Shown: positions 24,799-37,930 of the stretch, piece after piece | Position numbering within the stretch: position 1 is the first letter of the stretch | How the letters are laid out: each line of letters opens with the position of its first letter | From: Azolla caroliniana | Lineage: Eukaryota; Plantae; Polypodiophyta | Length of the DNA: 64,000 nt | Reading direction: 5' to 3' | NCBI GenBank assembly: GCA_043228905.1 | Contig: JBHGNT010000005.1 | Location: 1,798,001 to 1,862,000 of the forward strand | Translations under genes and position numbers: made by a program | The notes under the pieces: generated by a model | The model's input: only the letters and a program-made list of their open reading frames with translations | What the model was told of the DNA's origin: nothing | Database searches by the model: none

Positions 24799-27222
24799 AG
24801 CAACTGGATGGATTGAATAGAGAAAGCAGACGAAAAACAGAGGGAATCGAAGAAGCCACTTGTCTTAGAGCAACAGGTAATTGGGTTGCTTTTAAAAGCT
24901 TTCCTCCGCCTCCTTTTGTTTATTCTAAGGCTACCCTCCACAATTGCAGAAAATCCTTCATATTTTATTTTGTACGAGGGTACCCCCCCCACCCCCACCC
25001 CATTCACTCCACTTTCAATATTCTCAGTTGGTTTCACACTGCGTTGTTTCGATTCACCAGACAAATCCAATCACGCCCATCGTATGAGGTTGTAAGTGGG
25101 TAAAGTCTCTCTAAGGACAACTTAATTGCACGTCAACTTGCGAGAGAGATCATCACGAACTTCATAATATCATTCCTTGGGTACAACCTTTCACACCAAG
25201 AAAGTCATTTCCTTAGGAAGAGGTATGGCCAAAGCGTTGCGTAATCAAACCTTGAGTGTGACCTTTCTGCGCAAACAAATCGTTTGGGAGAGTCGCTTCC
25301 AATCGTGGAAGTGCTTTCTTGCCTTTCCTTTATTCTAAAGGGTACCCTCTACATGAACACACACAAAAGAACACTTGATGAAATCCTTCTCCTTCTTATG
25401 GAAAGCCGCTTCCAAACCTAATTCCTATTCTCCTTGGGAGACAACCTTCCACACAAATGAAGTAGTTTCCTTTGGGAGAGTCATTGCCTATCTAGTATCG
25501 ACATAGCAACGGTTTCGTACGTTTCCTTTATTCTAAAGGGTACCCTCAACAACTAATGAAAACCTTTTCTTCTTCTTCTAGTTCTGTTTCAAACCTTCTA
25601 GATTAGTTGCGTTTTCATTCATTATTGTTTAGTCAACATTTTCTTTTTCTTTTTTGTCCACTACTAATTACACTAACACTTCGAGATTCTGTACCTTGAG
25701 CTCTCACTTTATTAATTGTTGTTATTATTATTCACATTAATTTTAAATTCTCCCTAAACAATAATGATTGTGAATCTAATTATAATACAGACAATAATAA
25801 CAGCCATGGCCCATAAACATTTTACTAACCATGTTGTTGTCACTTCCTAATCAATGCTAGAATTTTCCGCACCTTCTTTAAGTTTTTTATTATCATTGAA
25901 TCATTTAAAGAGTTTAAATATGCCATGTTGTTGCCACTTCTTAATCAAGATTTAGTCCTCATCTCCATTCTTGTGTGTATAGGGCTGAGAATTGCTCGTC
26001 AATGAAATTTTTAAAAAGTTTGGCTTCTCTTTTCAAGATGTTGAAAGAGTGTGTGACCTTTTAAAATTAATTGAAACTTGCTTTATTTCATGTGGAGATT
26101 CTCGACAGTACCCTTGTATTAGGGGTCATGAAGTATCATATGTTTTTTGAAATTCAATGTACATGTTTCTCATGTACCTTTCCTTTTTTCTATAAAATTA
26201 CTATAAAATATATAATGATGTATTAAAACAACATAACAATACAACATACTCGTGTCGTCTCTACTACAATAGAGTATTTGTGGCATGGTAATCTCTGTAT
26301 GGTGATGCAAAAGTAGCAAACGGAAAGGAGACTACTCTAAGGATAAGTAAGAGCCCAATCGTAGTAAATTCCAAATCAATTTCCCCAAGGGAAAACCCAT
26401 TGAAAAGGGTGACAACATTTTACTTGTTAATAATACCCAAAGTTGCACCATACCAAGACAATATGGTTTTAGCAACCTGATATGTAAGGGATATATGGAT
26501 GATATCCCATTCATGTACTCAAATATTTGCTAGTCTTTTCAACACATTGAGATTCACTATCTCAAGAAACATAGTTGCTAGGTAATCCCACTGAATGAAG
26601 GAAGGTATCACAAATCGGAATCCAATCTCCCATATAAATATCCCAGCACCAGTTAGCAATGAATGATGATGGGTCTATGTTAATGGTAACCCATTTAAAC
26701 TATTGATAAAAGGTCATGCATTCAAATCCTAGTATTCACACATTGTTGTGACACCATTTATCTTTTCTCCTTATGACGATTAATCTCACAAACTCCAAAT
26801 ACTTAACATAGACACCACAACTACCATGTTTTGTTTAATCTCAATCATATGTAAGCCTTGGGGCAATCGATCAACAATGAAAACATTCAAAAATCTATCT
26901 GAACCAATTTTTTGCTTGTTGACATCATTCTCACATCCACCCTTGAATATGGATAATAAATAAGGTATCCATGGCTCACTACTTTTCGTAAAAGAAATCC
27001 ACCCACACAAAAGGGTTTCATTATAGATGGAAGCCATCAAATGTATGATATGAGCAAAACCATCCAATTTTATATGAGATAATCACAACAAAACTAAGGA
27101 CCACACTCATGGTAATTTAAGCTTCGTTCCAATTAGTGAATTCATTCAAAGATTGTGACACCTTCTCCATGGTACGCATTCACGATTTCCTCTCGCTTCT
27201 TTGATGTGGAGCACACACACGT

Positions 27223-27280
27223 TGTCGCGTTGTTACGCGCGTGTGTGTAGAAAGAGGCGGGACCACGGGGGCCTTGAACC

Positions 27281-27345
<65 letters not shown>

Positions 27346-27943
27346 ATTTGTAGATACGCAAAGGGGAGAAGGAAAGAGAAAGAAACGGGACACTTAATTA
27401 CAGTAACAGTCGATTACAATATCAAGAGATTACAAACTCTGACGATTACAACCGGCAAGGCGGTGATGGACCCGACACGGGGACCCTACTCACGCACACA
27501 GACAAAACACATTGGACCCCCCAAAAAAAAGAAGCGTAGAAGGGAGAGCCTCTGCTAGCAGCGCACGGGCTACCCACGAAGCAGAGGCGTCGAACTCCCA
27601 GCACCCACAGAGAATGATGATCGGAGGAGGAGAGAGAGCTAGGCACTCGGTCCTACAACACCCCATCCTCCCTAACGCGCGATCTCTTTTTTTTTTCTTC
27701 TCTCCTCCTTAAATAGTTCGCAAAGGGGAGACCCTTCTTCCTTAGTCCAATCGTTTTATTCCTTGTCCCTTCCGACAGAGATACGCACAAATCCCCCTAA
27801 TAAATGTGTACTACCTAGTATTTACATCAGCCGACCTAATTACGAATTATGTACAAAATATCAATTCTCGCGTCCACCCGTGTAGGAGCCGATTCATGCG
27901 CCTTTTTCTCTAATTTCGCCCATGGCCGGTTTTCTTCACGACA
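27223..27943 (-). repeat. Gypsy 3' LTR (contains an expanded (AG)n)
   Basis: Collinear with 31523-32214. Confidence 0.93.
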
Positions 27944-30900
27944 TCCACCCCCACCAAACCGCGCATCCACCGGCATGCGCCAGAGACGGGTAGATACCAA
28001 AGAAAACCGGCTTCACTCGTCGCTCTCCGATTCTTTGTCGGGCCCGAACCGATCGTCGTCGTCGCTCTCGCTCACCGGCTCCGGCTCGTCTTCGCACCAC
28101 TTCTTGAACGCTTTGATCCGCTTTCCGGCCATCGGTACCGCTAACCGTGTCCCGTCGAGTTTCGCTAGGTGGTACGTGCCGTTGTTCGCGCTCGTCACCG
28201 TGTAGGGCCCGAACCATCTCCTAGCGAACTTTCGCACCACCTTGTGCTGATTGTCGAGGCTGTTGTCGTATACCAAGACCCAGTCACCTTCCTCGATCTT
28301 CTTTGGTCGCAACCGGTGCGTCTGGTTGAACCGGGTCTTGTTTCGCTCCCTTGCCGCCTGCAGGTTTTCCTTCGCCCGTTTCATGTCCTCCGGCCTCCAC
28401 TTGAGTTCCCGAATCCGCGCTGCCAGCAACTCCTCCCGGCTCATCTCGTCCTTCCAATCTACCGCCGCCCACGAAGAAACCGTCCGTTCCACCGGCACGA
28501 TCGGCTTCTGTCCATACATCAGCTCTGCCGGCATAAACCCTGTCACCGAACTGTGTGTAGTTCGGTCCGCCCATAGTGCGTAAGGAAGGAGCCGTGGCCA
28601 ATTCTCCTTCAGCTTCTCCTTCAGCTTCTCGAATGTGACCCGCAATCGTTCCTCATCACGGAGATGGCCTCTACCTTTGCTGGAGAGGGTTTCCTACCGT
28701 AAGGCCCGCATAGGTGTCCGACCACCAAGATCTCCGACTACCTGAACGCCGATTTTTCTCCCGTGAAGGTGAGTCGTGCGCTTTCGAGCCTCTGCAGCAC
28801 CTTCTCGCAGTCGTCGATGTGGTTCACGACGAACCTTCGGCATCCGTCTGGCCCGACAGTCTCGTCTGCATCATCCACCGAACGCCCCTTTATCAGGATG
28901 TCGTCCAAGAATGGCATGGTGATGTCCGGGATGCAGTCCCTCAGCACCTTGTTCATTGCGTTCACCATATGCGCCACCGAATTCGTCCCGCCTTGTGGTA
29001 GGGTACACATCTGTACTAGGCCAAGAGGGGTTTGCATCGTCGTGATATCCCTGCTCTCCACGGCTAGTTGGAACTGGTCGTACTCCGAGTATAAGTCACC
29101 AACCGAATAGATCGACCTTCCAACGAAGGCCTCCGCAAACTCATCTATGGTCGGTCTGATTCTTGCATTACGGATGGTCACCCTGTTGACCAGTTACAGG
29201 TCCTGAATGAAGCGCAGCGTGCCGTTCTTCTTCGGCACCGTAAACCAACGATTCGAATACGGGGCACTCGACGGTTCAAGGATGCCCATCTCCACCTTTT
29301 GCTTCAGAAGCTCCATCAACTTCGGGATGTGAGCTCTCGGCACCAGAATCGGTTTGAGATTCCACAGTACATGCGGTACCGTGAAGATCACCATCGGTTC
29401 AACGATCGTCAGGTCCACGCACCCGATCTCCTCTGGCGAGAACACGAAGGCTTTCCCATGCCTTCCGAGCATTCTCCGAAACCTGTCCTCCTCCGCCGGC
29501 AGTAGAAAGCCACCCCCACCGACCTTGAGCTCCCGTAGCGTTATGTCGGTGAACCGATGCCCTATGCCAGCCGGATTTCGTAAACTAGTGTCCGACGCGA
29601 CCCCTTTTATCCGCTCCTCGCTGCCCTCCGGCAAGGGTGTCGCGACTGGCCTCACCTTCCAGTCCACAGTCTTGTACTTTGTATCCACGCGGGCCTTCCG
29701 ATCTGACCCGATCCTTTCCCTGAAGTCCGCGATGACTTCGTACATTCCCATCGAACTAACAGGAACGGTCCGGTCTTCTCTAAGGTCTTCATCGATCACC
29801 TTTCGTAACTCGCCCAAGGTGTCGTCAAAAGAAACCGCCTCCGTGGCGCCGCTGATTTCTTCGTCGGGGGAGAGGACTCTGCATCCCCTGAGCCGCTCCT
29901 CCGCTCGCTTCCTCACCTGGCCGTTGACGCCGGCTATAATACAACCTCTGTTTTAGGAGAACCAAAACTTCCTACCTATTGTACATGTGTGAGGTTCTTC
30001 CGGTACGTCCAGACTACCGCGGCCCCACGCCTTGATAACCCTCTCTAAAAATCCCCTTGGTTGTCACCGCCGAGGGTCTCGCGATTCCTCTCATGGTTCG
30101 GACGTACGGTCATGAATTGGACGGAATGCCGACCGTCTTGGCTCTTGACGCACACGTACGCTGAATCATTGTCCAGCACCTTCGTCTCCATGCATGTTGC
30201 CGTAATGTACGGTTCGCCGAGAATCACCGGGTGCGAGGATGTTTCCTGCACGAAGAAATGTTGATCCATCTCGACGTCACCGATCTTAATGTGTACATTT
30301 GGGCACACACCATGCAGCTCCTCCATAGCACGCGTCGTCGCGCGTATCTTCCACCCATGCTTGGTGTTGATCGGCCATTTACCCTTCTTATAGAAATCCA
30401 TGGACATCAGGTTGATTTCAAATCCATGGTCTACCAAGGCCACCACTGATTCAGGAACGTCGTCGATCCGCACAGACGTTTCCGTGGTTGCCCTGGCCCA
30501 GTGCGACTTCGCGTAGTGGCTTTCCGCCAACTCGTCTTCTTGGGTCGTGTCTTCTAAGTGCGTAGTTCGCACCTCCACCGGTTTCTCCGGTTCCGGCTCC
30601 GTCGAGAGCCTCTTCCGCTTCACCAAGTCTACAATGGAGTCGTGGAACTCCCTCTTGGCGATTCCCAGCACCTCCCGCAATGATAGCTCCACTTTACTAT
30701 CGAGGATCCGCTCTTCAAGGACCTTCCGTAGGTCCGTTGCTCTCTCGTTTTCGGTGCTCAACCGAAACCCCGCCTGCTTCTTCCCATCCGACGCGCCTGG
30801 GTGGCCCGCACCAGTCGGTTTCGGTCCGAACCGAGTCTCATACCTCTACGTGGGACCGGCCCCTTCAGCCTTCCTTGCCCGTTTGTCTTCCACCAGAACC

Positions 30901-31500
30901 TCGTAGTTCTGGCAAGCGACCCAGTCTGTCGTGAGCCCTTCGTCCGTCTCCAATAGGGGACCCACCTTTTCCCTGTCGAGCGCGTCCACCGACTTGACAA
31001 ACAGTAGTACTCGACTCGTTTCGAGCACGGTTCGGTCCAGCGTCGACAATCGTGCGAATCGTTTTTCGAACTCTTGGAGGAGCGCCGACGTGTTCCTCCC
31101 ATTTCCAGGGCTTTCCACCCACGCCATGAAGTCCCACCTCAACAGCCGAAGCGAGTGATCAAACTCGTACTTCTCGAGGAGCTGCAGCTCGAACTCCTCC
31201 CAAGTCTGGCATCCGGCCAGCACCTCGAGCACCTCCGCGTTGATGCTCGGTGTCACCATTCGAGGGAATCCGGACAGCCGCATGTCCACCGGGATATCCC
31301 TCATGATCATTTCGGCCCGGTAAGCCTCCAAATAACTTGTGGGATTCTTCCCACCGAACTGGCTTATGCTGTCGACAATCGATTCAATGGCTCTGTCGAG
31401 GGTACCCGTCCCCTCGCGAGTGCTCACCAGCCGGTCGACGGCTACCGCCATTGCCTCTGCTAGCTCCGATCCCCGCATCTTCTGACTCCTTTGCCACCTG

Positions 31501-31518
31501 TTCACGTCGGGTTCACCA
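31501..31518 (-). promoter_or_regulatory. Primer binding site complementary to the tRNA-Trp 3' end
   Basis: Plus strand TTCACGTCGGGTTCACCA matches the plant cytosolic tRNA-Trp 3' end including CCA as I recall it; 4 nt from the 5' LTR. Confidence 0.8.
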
Positions 31519-31522
31519 AATA

Positions 31523-32214
31523 TGCCGCATTGTTAGGCGCATGCGTGTAGAAAGAGGCGGGACCACGGGGGCCTTGAATCGAGGAGCGAGAGAGAGAGAG
31601 AGAGAGAGATAAGAGATTTGTAGATATGCAAAGGGGAGAAGGAAAGAAAGAAACAGGACACTTAATTACAATAACAGTCGATTACAATATCAAGAGATTA
31701 CAAACTCTGACGATTACAACCGGCAAGGCAGCGATGGACCCGACACGGGGACCCTACTCACACACACAGACAAAACACACTGGACCCCCCCCCCCAAAAA
31801 AAGCGTAGAAGGGAGAGCCTCTGCTGGCAGCGCACGGGCTACCCATGAAGCAGAGGTGTCAAACTCCCAGCCCCCATAGAGAATGATGATCGGAGGAGGA
31901 GAGAGAGCTCGGCACTCGGTCCTGCAACACCCCGTCCTCCCTAACGCACGATCTCTCTCTTTTTTTCTTCTCTCCCTCCTTAAATAGTTCGGAAAGGGGA
32001 GACCCTTCTTCCTTAGTCCAATCGCTTTATTCCCTATCCCTTCCGACAGAGATACACACAAATCCCCCTAATAAATGTGTACTACCTAGTATTTACATCA
32101 GCCGACCTAATTACGAATTATGTATAAAATATCAATTCTCGCGTCCACCCGTGTAGGAGCCGATTCATGCGCCTTTTTCTCCGATTCCGCCCATGGCCGG
32201 TTTTCTTCATGACA
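31523..32214 (-). repeat. Gypsy 5' LTR
   Basis: Collinear with 27223-27943. Confidence 0.93.
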
Positions 32215-35200
32215 ACGTAAACAATATTAGTAATGCTCAGATGAATATATTACAAGTCATCGTATATAGGATACTAGTGGGAAATGCCCATTAGGATAGA
32301 CGTATTAAAGACAACATCTTGGATTTGGCATTAGTCTTCAAATCAAGGGTTTAGGCTCCAAGTACTGTGAACCCTCCAAGTATGAGTTTGGAAGGTGATG
32401 GTTATTTTGGAGAGTGTGAGCGATTGGGAAATAACTCTTATGCATTGCAATGCAACTATTGCTAGTAGTATGACCATGATTCACCATCTTTGGCATTACG
32501 GAATGTCTCACTATAGACCATATTTTATCCTCGAGGTTGATATCATTGTCATGATCTTGTCATTGTATGACATTCTTTCTATAGTCATAGTCAGCTTAAT
32601 ATATGGTGGAAATATAGATCATCAGTTCATTGATAGAAACTTCAGTTGCACAAACACCCTATTGTTAGCCATACAAGTTATTCTTTCTGGACGGAAAGAC
32701 CTGCTTCACTATTCCCGTTGTGGGATTGGCTTCAAGCTCTTCTTTCTTGCTTGGGCAGCTTAGCTGGAAGGTAAAGAGGGTCCCTTTCTGGTCATTCAAT
32801 TTCTACCAAAAAGCAGAGAGAATGTCAACAACTTTGGAGCACATTGACAAGGTGACTAGCTCGTGTAGGTAATTGTCTTCATAATCTCACTCTCATATAT
32901 TGGTTAATCGATGGAAAATGTTTTAGGGATGATAACCTAACCTATGGTTTCACAATTACTTAATTATCTTTTAATCAGTTAAAGGGAAACACAAGAAATC
33001 ACAACTCAACAACATATTCTATTGATTAATTAAACCAACCACACACACATAAAAGAAGATTATCGCGTATGAAATTTTACTATCTCATTAGAACAAAACA
33101 AGTTATCAAGTATGATGTTTTAAGTTTATAACATGTTTCAAATTTGAGGTATAGGGTTCAAAACACACAATTTGTTTTTCGTTACAAATACATTGTTGAT
33201 GGGTGGGGGGTGAAGTATATTCTTACGGGTAACATACATAAATCGTAGTGGATAGATAGATAGATATTTTGTATCGTCCATAGAGAGGCAGATATTGACC
33301 CATAGGACCTAAGTACAAAAAGTTATATTGATGTGTGTCTCCTTCCTGAGAAGGGATATTCATACTTTGAAGCACCAAGTCTCGGTGTGCGAATAAGGCA
33401 TACACATATGAGTTCATTCTATTTAGTACGATACTCATGCAATCATCCCCCTCTTAACATATCATCATAGTTTTCACAAATTGCATTATATGCATAGCAT
33501 GTAAAAAGCATTGAATACGATCAATAGGCCTCCTTGCCTTATATAGAACCCAACATTCGGGATTGATGTTTGCAATGTAATATTCTAATTTTGCCCTTTT
33601 AGCCTTGTTCCACTTCTTCCTTATTGGGTTCATTAATCTTTCCTCAATAACTACATAATGTAATGGCAAATTGGAGAATTTGTTTGGTTTGAAGGTGGTT
33701 TCACACCCAAAGTGTCGATGGCAACATGCCAATGATGTGCATGACTTGCTATGGAGGTGCCCAAAGTAGAGTGTTCTCTTAGAGTTTGATGAGAGAGTGA
33801 TAGAGGAATCAACAATGATCTACATCAAAACGAAAGGTACTCACGTATAGGGACGAGAGAGCGACAAAGGAATCAATCATTCTCTACATGACAACAAGAG
33901 GTATTCTCCCAATGGATGAGGTATAACCTCATTTTATGTGATACCACCTAAAAATGTAGTTCACTAGTTATGAGTCCAACTAACTTTGGCCCAATATCAT
34001 TCGCTCAGGTGTGCTTGTTGCTATTAAGTGCCCTTAACCCATTATTCTCCTTAATCTCTCATTATATTGCTCATCATTAGTTTGATTCATAATGATTTTC
34101 CATGTCGTGTTATCAAGCTTGGAATTTTTGTGCATCAATATGTGTGCCTCAATAGTAGAATGAGAGGAAAAAGGCATAAAACTACACAAACTATGTGACA
34201 ACAATTTATTCTAAACACAAGTAAATTTGTATGGCTTATTCTAATCATTATGACAAACATGTATTGTGTCTTATTCTAATCACATGCATGACAATGCTTA
34301 CCTTGCATCTATACAAGATTTCTTCATAACATTATCCTTGACAAAATATTTCTCAAGAATTGAAACAATGAATTTCCACGAGTGACACTCCATCCATACA
34401 TTATCTACAAATTTAACAAATCTAAAAAAAATTTAATCTTTGGCACAAATCTCCTCTTATAAATTATAATGTCTCTTTTAAAACATGGAAAATTTAATGA
34501 TCTCCTTTACATCGCTCTCTCTTGCAACATAATGTTTTGATAGTTTACATTACCATTGTGATCTTACATGACTTGTTACAAGATCCACTAAATATTTGTG
34601 TTATGGATCGTATTACCCGTCACAAATTTCTTATGCTTCGTTTTTCATTGATGTAGCTTAAGCAACATCAATATTCTCATTAATTAAAATAAAAGTTTAA
34701 ATCATTAATTAATCTTCCATGGAATGGCTTAATGCCATATTCTTTGTATTTTTTTATATGGTCAATGACAATGCGCCCTTTTTTGTCATTTATATGCTTA
34801 CATTCGCGATATCCGCATATAATACACTTCTTAAATCTATCTCAATGTGCATTATCATTACTACCTAGTACCTACAATGACCATGATCTCTATTATTCCC
34901 ACACACAAAAGAATTTGCCAATATGCTTCATTGACAAAACTTTTCACTAATGTGATCTAATCAACAAAAAGTTTAACTATGGCGCTAAATAAAAATATTC
35001 ACAATTTTCAACCATTACCAACAAAAAATCATGTTTTTAAAAGTTAATGGCCAAAATTTTAGAAAGTTGAAAATAGTTTACATTGCAAGAGTGATGGAAG
35101 TTTATTTAATAAGTTAACTCATCTTTTTTCATCATTACTGAATGTTAGGATTATTGGCACATGAATAGTACTACCAATATTTCCATTTGATAGTTTTCAA

Positions 35201-36195
35201 TGTTTCTTCCATATTATATACTTTCATGGAAGAGCCAACCAATCATGTGATTAATTTGTCCATATTAGTAGTAGAAAAAAGTTTGAAATCATGGGAATAG
35301 CAATTGTTTGTAGCACTTTCCTCTATGTTATAGGACCAATTCTAAAGTTAAAGATTAAGGAAAAACCAATTATCCTGAGAACTAGGACAAACCCATACCT
35401 TAGGTGTTGGACTATGTAACGAGGATTAGCTACCCACTTCATTACTACATCTTGAGACTCTATTGGTGAGGCCAAGTTGTCTTATTAGGATTTGTTTTTG
35501 AATTACCAATGTATAACAGGTAGTAATTTTAGGTGTATCACCAATTGTATTTTCTATCATTTCATGTCCTTTGCTCGAGGGTGATTGATGTGGTTGAGCA
35601 TCCTTATTCCGGTCTTTTCCTTGATATCTTATTAAATTAGTCATCATTACTTCAATGTGTAATTGTCGAGTAACAAATGACTACATTGAAGACTTACAAA
35701 TTGTACATCGAGATTTGTACTTTGAGAGAGGGAAACATCAACAATGACTAAGTAGCCTCCGTTCCTACAAATATTTGGCCATATCATCCAAGATCAACCA
35801 TGTAGCATTCAATAAACCAAAGAAGCACTAACCCATGCACATTAATATGTGCTCTATCGAAAAGCCAAATTCATTTCCATAATTCCATGGTTTAGCCACG
35901 TGATTGATCCTACTCCATAATTTCAATGCACAAGTGTCAACTATTTCCATAACACGAGCTATTCAACAAATATCTTTGGATTATGCCAAGTATACATAGT
36001 GTAACGAGGATCATTTGCACGGTTTGACAAACAATAATCATCCTAGCTAGCATTCTTGCCACCTTGATTGAGCAAACTCACAATTCAACATGACATGTTT
36101 AGCTTCATCTAAACCCCATAAGAGTGAGGCACGACATCCTTTCGTTAGAGCCCACGTGAAACATAATTTGGGCAATAAATACGCAACTTACATGA

Positions 36196-36284
36196 ACATT
36201 TCATCTCACTTCTTATTGTAAGATACAAAGCTAGTATAAGATGTACTAGCTTTGTATCTTACAACAAGAAGTGAGATGAAATGT
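36196..36284. repeat. 41-bp-arm inverted repeat (hairpin), 7-nt loop
   Basis: acatttcatctcacttcttattgtaagatacaaagctagta / tactagctttgtatcttacaacaagaagtgagatgaaatgt, one mismatch. Confidence 0.93.
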
Positions 36285-36351
36285 CTCCTTTTGTTTTTTC
36301 TATGTAGACTTTTCAAGTAATATACTAAGGTGCATCTTCCTTTAAAAAAAA
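36202..36351 (+). mobile_element. Short poly-A-tailed retroposed insertion with 17-bp TSD
   Basis: aacttacatgaacattt at 36185-36201 and 36352-36368; A10 at 36344-36353. Confidence 0.7.
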
Positions 36352-37288
36352 AACTTACATGAACATTTGCCTTCTCCAATCTAGTTGTATCATTATAGTT
36401 TCTTGTTTAAATTCTTTAAGAAACATTCACAGTCACATTCATAGTTAAAATCTCAAGAAAGATGCTTTTAATAGCAAAGATCCGTATACCATAGGGAGGA
36501 CAATAGGAGGCTGCAACTTCTAAACTCTACTTACTATTCATTTGGCAAAACAAGAATGAACGAGTAAGTACCGAATAAGAACAAGAGAAACAACTTTTTA
36601 TCCACTACCCAACGGGGTACCAGAGAAGCTTAATGAATGCAATTTCCATGAGTCGTGTTTCTCATTCAAACTCCTCATTTGTTGAAACAAGACTTTAAGG
36701 GAATCCTTCAAATGTGCAACAAAAATATTTTTGGGAAACAATGTGTGCTAACTTTGTTGTTGGCTTTAGTCGTTACAATTCTCTGTGGTATAGGCTACAT
36801 ACTGTGATCATTTGCAATCTGGGAGGAATAGAGCATAGTAATCTTGGAGATATGATATACAAAACTATATTGGCTATTGTATATGAACGTCAAATCGGAC
36901 ATGATGTGGGCCTAATGGAATCGAATGTTATCTCCATTTCTCCAACACAACTTATGTACCTCTTTCTTGTGATTTTATAATACCAAGGTGTATCAAAAAG
37001 GGGTATTTTGGGGGGCAATTTTAGCATTAATTGTCAATTAAGCCATAATCCATGTAGAAAGAACTCTAGAATATATCTTTTGGTGAAGCCCAACAGGTGT
37101 AGAAGAAAAGGGATGGATTTTTCCACAACAACATGCAAATAGTGTTAGCGAATGAATTGGAATTGGTCCGAGTGTATAATCGAGATCAGATAGTGCATAT
37201 AAATTTGCATGAAAGTGGGGGTGGGGGGCATGGGTTGAAAATAGAAGAAAGTTAACGAGGGAGGGGAGGGGGGAGCATCTACCGAAGA

Positions 37289-37347
37289 TATATATACATA
37301 CATGTAGATATATACAATACATATACATATACATATACATATACATG

Positions 37348-37393
<46 letters not shown>

Positions 37394-37399
37394 CATACA

Positions 37400-37431
<32 letters not shown>

Positions 37432-37711
37432 CATGTACATGTAGATACATATATACATGTTGATATATACATATACTGTTATACATATACATGTAGATAT
37501 ATACATATACGTATACATATACATGTACATGTAGATACATATATACATACATACATGTAGATATATACATATACATACATATACATGTTGATGTAGATAT
37601 AGATATACATGTATGTATTATATACATATATGTATGTATGTATTGTATGTACATGTATACGTATGTATATAGATACATACGTATCTGTACATGTATGTAT
37701 ATACATACATA
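37289..37711. repeat. Compound ATAC/AGAT/ATATAC microsatellite upstream of RRP15
   Basis: About 420 bp of low-complexity tetra- and hexanucleotide repeats. Confidence 0.95.
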
Positions 37712-37830
37712 CTTCCTTGAATATGTCTGCAGAGCAGGAGGGCAGGAGGGAGCAGGGTATTTGTAGGTTTTAACAGAAGCACACGCAAGCGCAGCAGAGC
37801 CTGAGCCAGAGCCAGAGCCTTAGCGAAGAA

Positions 37831-37899
37831 ATGGGGAGTTTGGCTACCTTAGCAGCTACAGAAGCTACAGTAGCGGCTGAAGAAGTGCAGGAGTATTGC

Positions 37900-37930
<31 letters not shown>

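Larger units (their letters stand above)
27223..32214 (-). mobile_element. Ty3/gypsy-type LTR retrotransposon, internally deleted, 4-bp TSD, tRNA-Trp PBS
   Basis: LTRs at 31523-32214 (5') and 27223-27943 (3') with TG(T/C)CG...GACA ends; TSD ACGT at 27219-27222 and 32215-32218; PBS at 31501-31518. Order gag, protease (ALVDHGFEINLM), RT (SNRWFTVPKKNGTLRFIQDL; FLDD), integrase C-terminus (WPRLLPYALWADRTT; GPY). Confidence 0.93.

Noticed and set aside
26300-27200. Old TE-like sequence flanking the gypsy element (continues at 32219-32900)
   Set aside because: Too decayed to classify
27231-27240. Alternative gypsy LTR start at TGTTA (27231 / 31531)
   Set aside because: Extending by 8 bp gives inverted termini, a perfect ACGT TSD and a normal PBS spacing
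33223-36100. Possible degraded DNA-transposase fragments
   Set aside because: No TIR/TSD or catalytic motif identifiable by eye
37038-37706. Tyr/Met/Cys/Ile-rich ORFs
   Set aside because: Microsatellite translations
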